Shown here one piece after another: positions 21,105 to 32,945 of a stretch of DNA of 46,427 bases. Source of the DNA: Vicugna vicugna (lineage: Eukaryota); the NCBI GenBank assembly GCA_013265495.1, contig MU058018.1:72033-118459 (forward strand). The letters run 5' to 3'. The translations under genes were made by a program, and so were the position numbers. Under the pieces are notes generated by a model. That model was given only the letters and a program-made list of their open reading frames with translations, was not told where the DNA came from and made no database searches. The first letter of the stretch is position 1. Each line of letters opens with the position of its first letter.

Positions 21105-24100
21105 GTGGTTGAACATTGATACTCACATGAAAAGCTTATTAATTCTCAAAGTGAAACTATTGTTAGAATTACAAGTCTAACCGCCATGAGACTGACCATA
21201 TGTGACATTCAGACAGCTGATTTAGCCCATTGATAACCATTTAAGATACTCTATTATATTATCAATGCAAAACTTGATCATTAGCAATAAACCATGAAGA
21301 ATTAGAATTGTCAATGGATCCCAGAAGCCCCAGTGTCGCCCTGACAGGGGGAGTACGCAGAGCACGCCACCCTTACTTTTCTCAGGCTTGGTTGTAGACC
21401 TGAGATAAGAAAGGGAGTGAATGAAGAGTTTGACAAAAGGAACGGAATCACTTAAAAAATGTAAATAACCAAAAAGCTGCTGCACATGTGGTACAGCTTT
21501 GTCTAGGCTCTGTTATCTCCAGACAGCATTTCAAAAATGTATCCCTTTCGATCTGTCACCAATGTTGTGATCATCCTTTATCCCGGATTTTCATAAGAAT
21601 TCTGAAGGATTTGAGGAAGACCAATTAATCAATGCCAGAGCGGATAATGATTTATGACCAGAGTAAAAATAGGAGTGCCTACGTTTCAATGCAGTCCCTT
21701 CTCTCTGTTGATCAGAATTTTTTTTTCTTTCTCTTGGCGTGACTCCAAACATCTTTCTGGCAAAGAGGGTGTATTTTTTGAGATAGCAAAGTTGTTTATT
21801 GAGCCACTGAGTTCAATCAGCATCAGTAACTCCTGCAGTACCAAGGAAAATTGGAAAGAAAAGGCTTAGCGTAAATCTTCGAATATGGAGTAACTCATCA
21901 GCTGGTTCAGCAAGTTGCAGAAAAGGTCTTATAATGTGAACACATTGTGTATATGGAAGGTGTTTGTGCCTGTCTGTTTTAATATATACGGGACAGTCTT
22001 TTCCTATCCAAGGACTTTTATTATGCTGCCACATTTGTACCCAGGTATTTTGATGGTACTGCTGGCATAGCCCTCCCAGCCAAAACAAAGGGTGCATATA
22101 ATTTTTCCTTGAGTTCTACTTTTATCCTTCAAGACGTCTGGCTCAAATATTCAATTAGATTTTATCACCTTTGTTTCCAAATCATAAATTGTTTGACAAA
22201 TACCATATCATTGATGTGTATCACAGACTCACATAATATCTTATTTCTTTGATGAGTGATTATGGGACACTACCTTTATACTGCCGAGATTTATGTTACT
22301 CTTTTCAGCAAGAGCTACTGTGGGATGGTGAAATGAACAGTAATAAAGTTGGCAGGATGAATGCTGCAATGTGTGTCTAAAGTCTGAAAAAGGAGTCTGC
22401 TTTTATGCAAATACAAATTGGCTGTGAAGCTTGTAATTCTGCAATCCAAACATCTAGCATGTGTCCTCTGTGTGACCCACTGTGATTTGAAAGACAGAGT
22501 GGAGACAACGGGTGGAGGGGGCAAGGATTGAGAAGGAAAATATGAATGTTATTTGTCGATATTTGTTAAAGGTCAGTGCCTATTAAAGAAAGAGACAGGA
22601 ATGGAACTACTGCTAAATTACCATCTCAGCAATAAAAGAATAAAGAACTGTTGTTATCATTTTTCTATAGCAACAATAAGGGTTAATTCATATCCAACAC
22701 TGCCTTTGGTATTGAGTAAATAGATGATTTCATTTTATTAAGTGTTGCTGTGAATACTAACAGTACTCCTTTTGTGAGAAGGAATAATAAACAACAGGGA
22801 GGGAGCCATGCCTGGTAAATCTGACCTGTAAAAAAAGCCTGCTGAAATCTGAGAGTGGCTACCCAAGGGCCATTTGGAACCATATTAAAGAGGTTACTGA
22901 GTCCCAGTAACAGTAAGTGTGAGAGCTGGAATCTCTCTCTCTACACTCTTGTCCTGACTATCTATTTGGTCTGCCCAGTACTCTCCTTCTTCAAGAATTC
23001 TTGCTGTCTGTTAATGGTTCTCTCAGTAGAGGCCGTGTTTTCAGGACTCCATCTCCCAAGTACCATCATTGGTCCAAGAGTGAGAACCTGACCACAGCGG
23101 GTAAAAATAGAATTCCCTGATGTTGAAGTGACTAGTGCAGGCGTGGGAACCCCATCCTACCAGACTAATCAGGATAAGTCTGTGTCTGAGGTTCAAAAAC
23201 TTAAGGCGAAAAACATAGAAACTATTAAAATCTGTATTTTCTGCCATATAAAGGAAAACTTTATAGCCCTTATATATTGAAAAAAAGATAAAAATAGACA
23301 AATGGCAGCTCAGTGAGTGCATTAGTCCTTTGAGCCCTGTTTCTAGGAGTCGTTAAGCCCCAGCTGCAACCTCAACTTTCTCGTACATTGGATGTTCATC
23401 TACACCTTCTATTCCTTGAGCTAAAGCATTCCTAGCTGTGCCTAATTAATTCATTTTGGGGTTTTGTAATCTGCAACCTGGAGTCCTGATATAATTACCA
23501 AGATCAATGATTTTCAGGTATACTGGAGAGAAGGATTGTTGCATATTCACTATGCTGTATATAAAAAATCATAGTACCAGATTTGAGTCTAGAATTTTTT
23601 CTTAATCAAAATCATTTCTATATACTGTATTTCAAGGGTTAAATAATGTTGAAGAGCTTTTAATAGTTAAGTGTGGCACAAATTAGTACAGACACAATTT
23701 TATTCCTTTCATAATATTGTTCCATCAAAAGTATTAAATCTGTTTATTCCAGCTTACAAAAACTTTGTAGGTTTTCTATATACAAATTAGTACACACTTA
23801 GTTGGGTGACCGCTAAGTGAAAATATAAATGGCAACCTACAAATGGAGAGATTCAAGTTGCTTATCTCTTTGCAGAACAAGTTCTGTGATAGTTTTCTCT
23901 GTTTTTTTTTTTGGTTGTTGTTGACCAGAATCATTTGCAGCTACCATGGAGCAAGCACTAAAGTTGGAACTCACAGTCTTGTGGAAGGAAACAATAGTGA
24001 AATACAAACAGCACAGATGGAGAGACATGAGAGAAGAATACCTATCTATCAGGGTTATATTGTGAATATAAACAGAATTCAAATTCAAGAAAGCATCTCT

Positions 24101-25169
24101 TGGAAAAAGAAGGCACTCCCTGTACAGTAGGTACAGGTGAAATCGTTCTCCATCCCAATTCCATGCTTCTTATTTGTGTGGATTTAGACTCCTTACATGC
24201 ACTCTTGTCCTTTGCTTCCTCTTCTCTGTCTCCTTCAATTCTCTATCGATAAATCCACTGATTTCCCATATGCAGATTTAGCATCCCCAGCTTCCTTGAA
24301 TTAATCCCAATTGAGCCAGCATGTATTTCCATAGCAGCCATAACACCCTCTCTTTAATTCCAATCTAATTCAGTGGGGCTTTGAATTATGTTCCCATACT
24401 TATCATTAAGGGTCCAGGCATTCCTCTCTCCCACGTGTCCCTTGCTGTTAATTTCTGTAAAATAGGAATAATGCTGCATATCCCATGGGGGTCACTGTAA
24501 TGATTAATTTTTAAAATGGAGAGAAAATGCTCAGGCAAATGACTCTCATAGTATATCTTATTTACTCTATATGTTACTTGCTTTCTTACTAGTGTTATTG
24601 TTACTCTTCATTATCTGCAGCCATCATCTTCCAGGGCCAAGTGATGGGCACTTCTGTCTCACCCAAACTAATGATCTGGTATTTGCACCAGTTTTCAGGA
24701 CTGTTATTCTTTCAATATTCCCCCACCTTCTCAGCTCATTAGTTCAACAATACAGTCATTCAGTTAATATTTTTCAAAAAGACACAGGAAAAAGGAGGCA
24801 TATGCTAAAGACAAGAAATGGGCTGATGAGGCAATGGGGTAGCAAAGATGACTTAGCCAGTTCAGCCTTGAGAAGGGTGGAGGTAAACTGGATGGTCATA
24901 TCCACACATCATAATGAGGACATGGGCATTTATTCCTGAACTGGGGTGAGAAGGACCAAAGGAAAGAGGTCAGATTATCTCGTGAGCTTTTCCAAACTAC
25001 ATAATCATAATCTCTGCCCTCAAGAAGTACATAGTGTAGGAGGAAAGACTGACTCTTTAACATGCAATGTAATATAGGGTCCTAAGCATTATATCTGTAT
25101 GAATAGTACCTGTAATAGGTAATGTTTATGAAAACATATTACATGTGATGATGCACTGGGCCAAATTTA

Positions 25170-25300
25170 TTAGTATGCTGGAGCTGACTCTTACCTGCAC
25201 ACAAAATCTAATCTGCTACATATCCATTCAACTTCACTTTCAGTGAAATCATAATATCAGGTCCATTTTTTTAACCTGGAGATCAGGGTTGTTTTTTGTT
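25170..25300. mobile_element. MER63-like hAT fragment
   Basis: agtatgctggagctgactcttacc...caacttcactttcagtgaaatca resembles the recalled MER63 start. Confidence 0.45.
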
Positions 25301-25339
25301 TGTTTGCTTGTTTAATACTTACCAAAGTAAGATAGCCTA

Positions 25340-25520
25340 AATCATTTAAATCCATCATCTTATTTTCTTATTTATACTTAATCCCATAATGTGGGTACTA
25401 TTATTATCTCTTTTTCACAGATGAGTTGTTTTAAAGATTTTGTGACTTACCCAAGGAAGTTAGTGATCATACCAAATTTTGAATTCAGTCTAACTCCAAC
25501 GTCTGAAACTCTAAATATGT
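25340..25520 (-). mobile_element. MIR SINE remnant
   Basis: gggtactattattatctctttttcacagatgag...tgtgacttacccaagg. Confidence 0.75.
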
Positions 25521-25667
25521 TATAGAGGAGGGCTGGATCTGGAGATGGTACCTTTTCTGAAGAATTTTCACAAAACTGCTGTTGAATTTTGGTTTGACCA
25601 GAAATAGGAATGGGCTGCAAAGATGGGGAAGCAGAGAAGCTGAGTGTTCTAGCTCTGATTTTTGCTC

Positions 25668-25958
25668 TAAATGATAGAGGAAAAGGAGACAAGAAACAGT
25701 TTTGTTCCCTTCACGCTAAGATTGACCTGATTTTAGCTTAACTCCGGTTGCATTTTTATGAATTAAAAAAAAAAAAAGCCCTTCTCCCTAACTCCCAATT
25801 CCTTTCTTCTAATAAATGATAGAGGAAAAGGAGACAAGAAACAGTTTTGTTCCCTTCACGCTAAGATTGACCTGATTTTAGCTTAACTCCGGTTGCATTT
25901 TTATGAATTAAAAAAAAAAAAAAGCCCTTCTCACTAACTCGCAATTCCTTTCTTCTAA
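25668..25958. repeat. Tandem duplication, 145/146 bp unit x2
   Basis: 25668-25812 versus 25813-25958, with 2 substitutions and A13 versus A14. Confidence 0.97.
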
Positions 25959-26027
25959 CTGGAAATTCCTTTCTTCTAATTCCAGACCAATGCCTTGGGT
26001 TATTTTTGATAGCTTTCTTTCTTTTAG

Positions 26028-26300
26028 GTGCACATTCAATTAATCAGCAAATATGAGATCTACTTTAAAATTATATCCACAGTCTGACCACTATTTATCA
26101 GTCTTCAGTGATAGCAACCTCCCCCAAACTACCGTTATCTCTTATCTGCACTGGTCTTTTTGTTAGTCTCCTTGATTCCATTTCTTGTCCCATAGAGATG
26201 TTCCTTCACAAAGTAAAATAAAATCATGTCATTTCTCTGCTTAAAACTCTGTAATGGCATTCTGTCTCACTCAGGATAAAGTCCCAAATACTTACCACAG
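26028..26300 (+). mobile_element. L2 (L2a-like) LINE fragment
   Basis: cacattcaattaatcagcaaat...atcatgtcatttctctgcttaaaactctgtaatggc...tctcactcaggataaagtcccaaatacttacc. Confidence 0.8.
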
Positions 26301-26799
26301 TTGGCTGACCTAGTTGATCCTGAACATCATGAGGAGGTAGAGTTGCCCTCCACACCTGGGGCAGCGGGAAGTATGTCTAGAGCTCTAGGAAGGTGTGCTG
26401 GCACTGGAAGGAGGCCAAGTACAGACTTGTAGGCCAAGTCCTACTTCAATCTCAAAGGGCAGATAAATAGCCTATAGACAGAGTTTCTCACACCTCAGAG
26501 TGGTCTAGATCAAGGTCTAAGAGAGTAGAAAATTCATGCCTTCACCCCATAATTATTGTCTAAGGGCTCTGCTTGGAGGGACATAAGTTCCAAGGCAATT
26601 CTCACCCTATTTGTGTGAGTAGAGTGAGCTCAGCATACTGGAAACAGTCCTATGCACAAGAGATGTGGGTTGTGGCTATTGGAATCAGAGTGAAAATGGA
26701 ATTTGTAACGTGGTCCCAGAGAACATGTGTGAAGCACAGTGTCTTCTACAATGCACCCATTTCAAGGTGAGATCCATTCAGTCCTCACATTAAATTCAC

Positions 26800-29700
26800 T
26801 GCACTGATTCTTCAGGATGGTGCCCAGTCACCTTTCTAAAATACAATACTCAAAAGAAAGATTAGCTGGCCAAGCTACAGCCTTCACTGCTGAGGTTGGT
26901 CCTGAGGCTTAGGTGATGTTCATCCTCTGCCTCCTTTCTCTCACCCTTGGCCAACTCTTCTGCTGCTCTGGGTTAATTAGATCATGGTGGGGGGGACCCA
27001 GATCTTTATACCTCAAGGTACAGAGTCCTTGGTGCTATGCCCTCATTTGGCTGTGATGGTTCATGGCTAACACAGGCTCGAGATCACCAAGGATGCAGCA
27101 GTGTATCTCCAGAGGTTAAGACAGACTACTTTCTGAATCTTTGTATAGAAGCAAATCTATCACTTCATAATGATCAGAGTCCATTACCACTGCCAACATG
27201 GTAACTTCCTCACCTGCTAGTCTACTGGAGTGAGGAGCTCAAAATGGCCAGGTGGAAGTCATAACGGTAGAACTCTAGACCCACCAAATTTAAAATTGCA
27301 AGGACAAGAAGCACACATTTTCTAAATGGGTCACTGGGAGTGCTGGCAGGAGGGATCAATTCTATTTTCATTCTAGCCTTTCTAGACATATATATATTCT
27401 AATTTTCAGGGACTTAGGACAAAATGGCCATTCACTAAAGGTATATACCATATCTGGAACCAATCCTTCAAACTAGCAAGGGGTTATTTGCAAGTTGGAA
27501 CTTTAGCCATGCCTTTGAACGGTCCTTGAAGCATTATATCAGACTGGCCAGCTGTAGGTGCTACAGAAAATAGTAAGGCCAGTGATCTTTTGAGCCATGC
27601 ACAGTATTATAATCACTTTTCTGCAAAACATATCCATTGGTCTGAAGAAATATTACACAAGATAAAATTTAAAATTTCAATAAACCAGACACACTGTAAG
27701 ACTCTAAATACTGACCAAGACATTAATGGCTGGAAAGGAAAACACATAACAGCCCATTCCAGAGTGGATGGGGTCTGGTTTAACCAACCTGCCACCACAT
27801 GGCTGATGGGTCTTGAGAACTGATAACATATCAAGAGCCCAGCAACAAACTTCGTTGCTGACAAGTCAGATACTTAGCAATGATCGTAGCTGTATCAAAC
27901 TTGTAAGAGTAAAGTCCATGCTATATTCACATATAGCCACCATCTCTTTCATCATGATGAGTCCATTTATGGGTCTGTTCTGTGAGCACTGGCATGAATA
28001 AGTACAGAGCGAGGCTGGCATATACTAGATGAGTCACTCTGTCCACCGACTTGTTTAGTGCCTCCGATGCAATGCATTGTCTCTGGTTGGCATTAATGTG
28101 GTCCACAAAAGTCTGTACACATTGTTCTGCTCACTCCCATGAGTCCATCCATATGCCCTTTCTCTAGACGTTCTCTCTCAGTCGTGCTCTCTCAAAGCCA
28201 CTGATCAACCAGCCAAGCCTTTTATTACTGGTCAGGAATCTGTGGATGTCCTTGCCATAGGCCACTTCTTTCCCAAGAGAAGTAGAAGACCAGATGCTCT
28301 ACACAAGCTCTGCCTCCTGGGAGGATTTCTTTAGCCGCTGTCTTTCAGGACCCCTTAGGCACAGGGTTGTGATGTGGCAGGAATGTCCAGACCATCAAGA
28401 CCCCCTTGGACTATATCATGACATAGCAGGAGAGTTAAGTTGTCCCATTCAGACTATATATGAGTTACTCTCTGTGCCTCCTATAAATATATTCATCTCA
28501 ATTAAAAATTCAGGGACTTGGGGGGTGGGTAGGGTATAGCTCAGCAATAGAGCACACACACAAGTTTCTGGATTCAATACCGGTACCTCCATTAAACAAA
28601 CAAACAAACGAATGAATGAATAAATAAATAAACCTAATTACCCCCACAAAAAAACTTCATGGGCTGGGAAATGACCACAAGGTGTTTCATCTATTGGATA
28701 AGGACCTCTGTTACCGCATGGCATTCCACTATAATGAGTGTCCACAGTGGGATTTGGGGTTCTTGATATCATGTTAGCTTGGACCTTGTAATCAACAACT
28801 GTCAAAAATTCTATACATTTCTCCAATCCCAGTGGACATAAGATCCCTTTGGATAAGGATTGGGTGAATTGCTGCTGCACAGCAGTGTTCTTCTTCAAGT
28901 GCACCTGCATATTTTCAATCAAGCTCAGGCCTGGAAACTGGATGAAGGATAATGATTTTCCACTGGGGTGGTTAATATCGGTTCAATCTTTTTTGATTAT
29001 ATATATTAAGTCACACCGTGTTGGTCATCCATTTATCTGGTTCTCGAGAATGCCATGGAGTATGAGCCATCATTCATCACTGAAGTGGGTCAGAGCCCCC
29101 TGCTTTCCATTTCAACCTTATGACCCATAATGGTAAATACATTGTGTGTCTGATAATTAAATGCTACCACCTGGCTGCTGCTACTCTGTAAACCTGTCAT
29201 TCCCATAACAGGAGTTCAGTTTCCCAACATTTTCTATTATTAATATTGTCCGTTAATGGATAGCCATCACTCTACTACTGAACTTCCACATTGCTGGTTC
29301 CTCTCTCACTAAGTGCTTTTCTTAGTAAAAATGAGTGTCCTCTCGGCTCTCCCAAGAAACATAGCTATTTGGTAGGTTGTTTGGGCTAATATAATGATAT
29401 ATTCTTGCATATCTATCTCTCTGAGTATTTTCGGTCCTTCCTCAACATTCTGCCAAAAGCAGCTCTGTCATCTCCAGATACTTTAATGTGGATCATCATT
29501 ATTTCCATCTTTCCAAGAGCCATCCCAACTATGTATCAAGACCATGACCTTGCTAGGGGGTTGAATCTGAATCATGGGAAAGAGCTACTGTATCATCCAA
29601 TTCTCCCAATCCAGCTTTATATACAACTCACTTTGTCTAGTACTTTCAAGCCCTAGTCGGGTTTTGTTGATTTTAGCTGCTACATACTGTCCAGGTCTCA

Positions 29701-30500
29701 GTGTTCTTTTGGTGAATAGTACTTCTCCTCCCTTAGTAGAGTCCGTACTTCCCAGTTGGGGCATCCTAAGACTGAACCTTACTTACTGGTGTCCTAGCCA
29801 GGGCAGGGGTCACTCCTTAGGGGAGATTTCAGCATGATCACAGGCGAAGACATGCTTCTGCATGGTCTTTAGGAAAGAGACATTTCTATCTTCAAGCAAT
29901 AGTAAGTAGCCCCTTCTGTAGACACAGAGGGTTCAAGGTAATCTTATGTTCAGTGTATTCAAGCGCATTCACTCAAATATCTCCTTTGAAGGTCATAGGT
30001 TCCCACTGCCTTCCTGACTTTAGAGTAGAGACTTGCCAAGCTTATGAATTCATCATTATTTGTAGTTCTGCTATACTCACCCTTGAGTTCTGGGCCTGAT
30101 CCTCAGCATGGTCCAGCTACAGGTGATGAGAGTCTCTATTAGTGATGTCATGGAAGCCTTTTCATTCACATCACAACTTGGGTTGGTCATTGACTGACCT
30201 GAGTTTGTCACTTTCTTTCTTTAGTTCATAATTGACACCTAGCAAAAAATAATTAATTCCACAATTCTAAAAATAACCATTTTGCTACATTACTTAAATG
30301 TTACAGATACTGCATAAGCCTCTTCCACCTTCTTCCCATCCTAATTTGCCAAAGTGTAATGTCTTGGCGTTTATAAAGCAGTGTTGTGCCAGGAGTTAAC
30401 ATCTATCCAATTTTCATCCATAATTGCTATCTGGCTGGTGAGTGACCCCACCCCAGAATTGCATTCTGGCCACTTATTTTCTAAACCACCCCTGTTGATG
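26800..30500 (-). mobile_element. Highly decayed ERVL-class internal region (gag, RT, RNase H, integrase, dUTPase-like; ERV3-16A3_I-like)
   Basis: Minus-strand remnants resemble ERVL motifs: a dUTPase-like segment at 27060-27265, integrase (tggtggcaggttggttaa, near WWQVDY) at 27760-27940, RNase H (ggcatatggatggactcatgggag, near GMWMDLWE) at 28080-28170 and gag at 29200-29370. No long ORF survives. Confidence 0.72.
28520..28654 (+). mobile_element. tRNA-derived SINE (camelid Vic-1-like), internally deleted, inserted in the ERVL
   Basis: agggtatagctcag...ctggattcaatacc-ggtacctcc...aaacctaattacccccac and an A tail. It is the same family as 44664-44796. Confidence 0.85.
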
Positions 30501-30502
30501 AC

Positions 30503-30662
30503 TGTGTTATATTGAATTCTCTGGAATCATACTCTGAGACAAGGTTTGTGTGAAATGGAGTTACTAGAAAGAATTCACTGAAAAAAATTGGTGCAGAAGT
30601 AGAGGAACAAAACTTGGAAAAAATGGTAGTCAAACAAGTTTATTATATCAAGAAAATCCCTG
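30503..30662 (-). mobile_element. ERVL LTR fragment (LTR16-like) adjoining the internal region
   Basis: tgtgttatattgaattctctggaatcatactctgagacaagg directly follows the 5' end of the internal region. Confidence 0.5.
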
Positions 30663-30667
30663 CAGGT

Positions 30668-31442
30668 ACCAAATTAACTTTTCATTGCTGCATAGCAATT
30701 TATCACAGCTTAGTAACAATGCCCAATTATTAGCTTAAGTTCTGTAGGTCAGAAACGCAGGAAGGCTCAACTGCATTCTCTGCTTAAGGGACTACAAGGC
30801 CAAAATCAAAGTATCAGCCAGGCTGAATTCTTATCTGGAGACTCTTGGGGAAAACCAACTTCAAAGTGTACACAGGTTGTTAGCAGAGTATAGTTTCTTG
30901 CCAGTGTGGGACTAGAATCCTTGTTTTCTCATTGGCTGTGCCCAGGAGTGACTCACAGCTCCTAAAGGCTGCTCCACAGTCTTTGTACATGGCCTCCTCT
31001 ATCTTCAAGGACAGCAGTGAGCCTTGGAATCTTTCTTGTGCTTCATATCACTGACTTTCCCTTCTGCTACCTGTGTGGTTAGGTTAGGCTCACCTATTAT
31101 AAAAGAACCTAGTTCCTATATGATTTTGAGGCTGTTTGATACAAAGGCTTTCTGTAGGGTATTTATCTCCCATTTGGTTTATGTAGCCTTATTATTCATT
31201 AGAACACATTCCAGCTCCTTGACCATCTGAGGTGAATGCCTAAGTCTACATACTGTCAAAACTCAAATTAAATCTGACATGTCCACAAGGTAGTTGGAGT
31301 TAATGTCTCCTTATAATAAGGTCAACTGATTAGGAAACTTAATGAAATCTGAAAAATCCCTTTGCCACATAACATAAGACAGCCACAAGACTAACATCAT
31401 GGGGCAGAGATCACAGGCACATCTCAGAATTCTGTCCATCAG
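30668..31442 (-). mobile_element. MLT1 (MaLR) LTR, interrupted at ~31108-31305
   Basis: cattgctgcatagcaa...ttctgtaggtcagaa...aaggtcaactgattagg...catctcagaattctgtccatca. Confidence 0.8.
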
Positions 31443-31627
31443 AGTCTGCTATAGAATTTCCAACAACAAATATTTTAATCCATTTCTTTATCTATAAAAT
31501 TAAGAGAATGATAACATCTGATTCACTGGATTGTCAAAAGATGAAAAGAGAAATTCATTTAAAAATACTTATTGTAGTGCTTGGCTCATCATGAGCAATT
31601 CACTTAGCTAAAAGAACTTTTAAGATT

Positions 31628-32122
31628 CTGGTTGCTAGTCTCGAAAGATGGACCTCAAAGGACCGAGGCTGCTAACACTCATGTCCTTGTATAGTTTCCT
31701 TCCTTTGAATCTGGGCTGACTCTTGTGATTCACTTGTAATAAATAATGTGTGACAGAAAGAATGCTGTCTGATTTCTGGTGCTAGGTCGAAAGAACTCTA
31801 GTAGTTTCTATCTTGGTCTCTTGGAACCCTTGCTCCAGGGATGGCCAGCTTCCTGAGAACGCCATGTTCTGTGGATGCCCAAGCTAGCCACGTGAGGTGG
31901 TGGCATGGAGCGAGAGACTCCTAGGCAGCCCTAAGTTGTCCCATCTCGGGCAGACGGCACACATATGATTGAAGAATATGTCTTATATTTCCACTTTCAA
32001 CTGCCAACATGTGACTGCAACCTCACAGGGAACTTACAGAACCAGTAAAGGTGATAGTAAATGGTTGCTTAAAACCACTAAGTCTGTCATGGTTAGTTAT
32101 GCAACAATAGACAATGGGAGCG
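31628..32122 (+). mobile_element. MLT1 (MaLR) solo LTR, MLT1F/G-like
   Basis: aaagatggacctca...ctttgaatctgggctg...aaatggttgcttaaaaccactaagt...gttatgcaacaatagacaa. Confidence 0.8.
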
Positions 32123-32917
32123 AAGTTCTAGGCAAATGACTAATTTAAGTTTTCACTGAGGATTTCCTTACTGTCCTGATTCAAGTTATATCCTTCCCTA
32201 GCTCCTACGTGTTTTTTGCTGGTTGTTATAAAGGTTTTCTGAGATGTAGGCTACAGGTCTCTCATTTGGTTCATGTAGCCTTATCACTCACCGGAACATA
32301 CTCCAGTCCTTGACCATCTGTGATGAATGCCTATGTCTACGCACAGTCAAAACCCAAATGAAATCTGACATATACACAGAGTGGTTGGAGTTAATTTGTC
32401 CTCCCCTGGCTCCCACTTATTACAGAACGACCTGCTCAGTTAAGTCTTTTCAAGCTACGCGTTCCTGTAGTTGGAAGTTATTACATGTTGATAGTTATCT
32501 TCGCTGACTTTCACCAGCCTTGATATGCCAGGGAATTTTAAGTTGAACTGAGAAACGAAGGCAATACAGTTAATGCAGACACTGGAATGTGAAACAACAC
32601 TCCAGCGGCTTAAAGAAATGGAATCAATGCAGCCCTAATAAAATATGAAGGCTTTCCAGCCTCAGATTCTGTTATCTCCAGCGATACTCTAGTTGCCTGT
32701 CTCTTAAAAGTACAGATGCAATCCAGTTAGAAAAATGTCACAGCTCTCCTGTAAAAACAGCATGCTCTACACGCACAGTAATAAAGATTTCCTCCATCGG
32801 TGAACATTGTTGTCTTTGGTCCCTGGCACTGAGAAGCTTCCCCCCAAATCTCACAATCAGTTTGTTTAACAAGTGGGCTGATCTCAGCCACAACAGCAGC
32901 AAATATCTTCTTTAACT

Positions 32918-32945
32918 TTGGCAACTTGCCAAAATTATATAAAAG
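32918..32945 (+). promoter_or_regulatory. Candidate NFI site plus TATA box
   Basis: TTGGCaacttGCCAA (32918-32932) matches TTGGC-N5-GCCAA exactly, and TATATAAAAG lies at 32936-32945. This is a motif match only. Confidence 0.45.

Noticed and set aside
21335..21356. CTCF-like CTGACAGGGGGAGT
   Set aside because: It has several mismatches at informative core positions and is not distinguishable from background.
23678..23794. 13 bp direct repeat ACAAATTAGTACA 104 bp apart
   Set aside because: It is short and AT-rich, and the intervening sequence has no poly(A) tail or recognisable element to make it a TSD.
28638..28922. Minus-strand ORF containing VVDYK, weakly RT-like
   Set aside because: It lies in the decayed ERVL pol region, is short and lacks the catalytic motif, so it is not a functional or domesticated gene.
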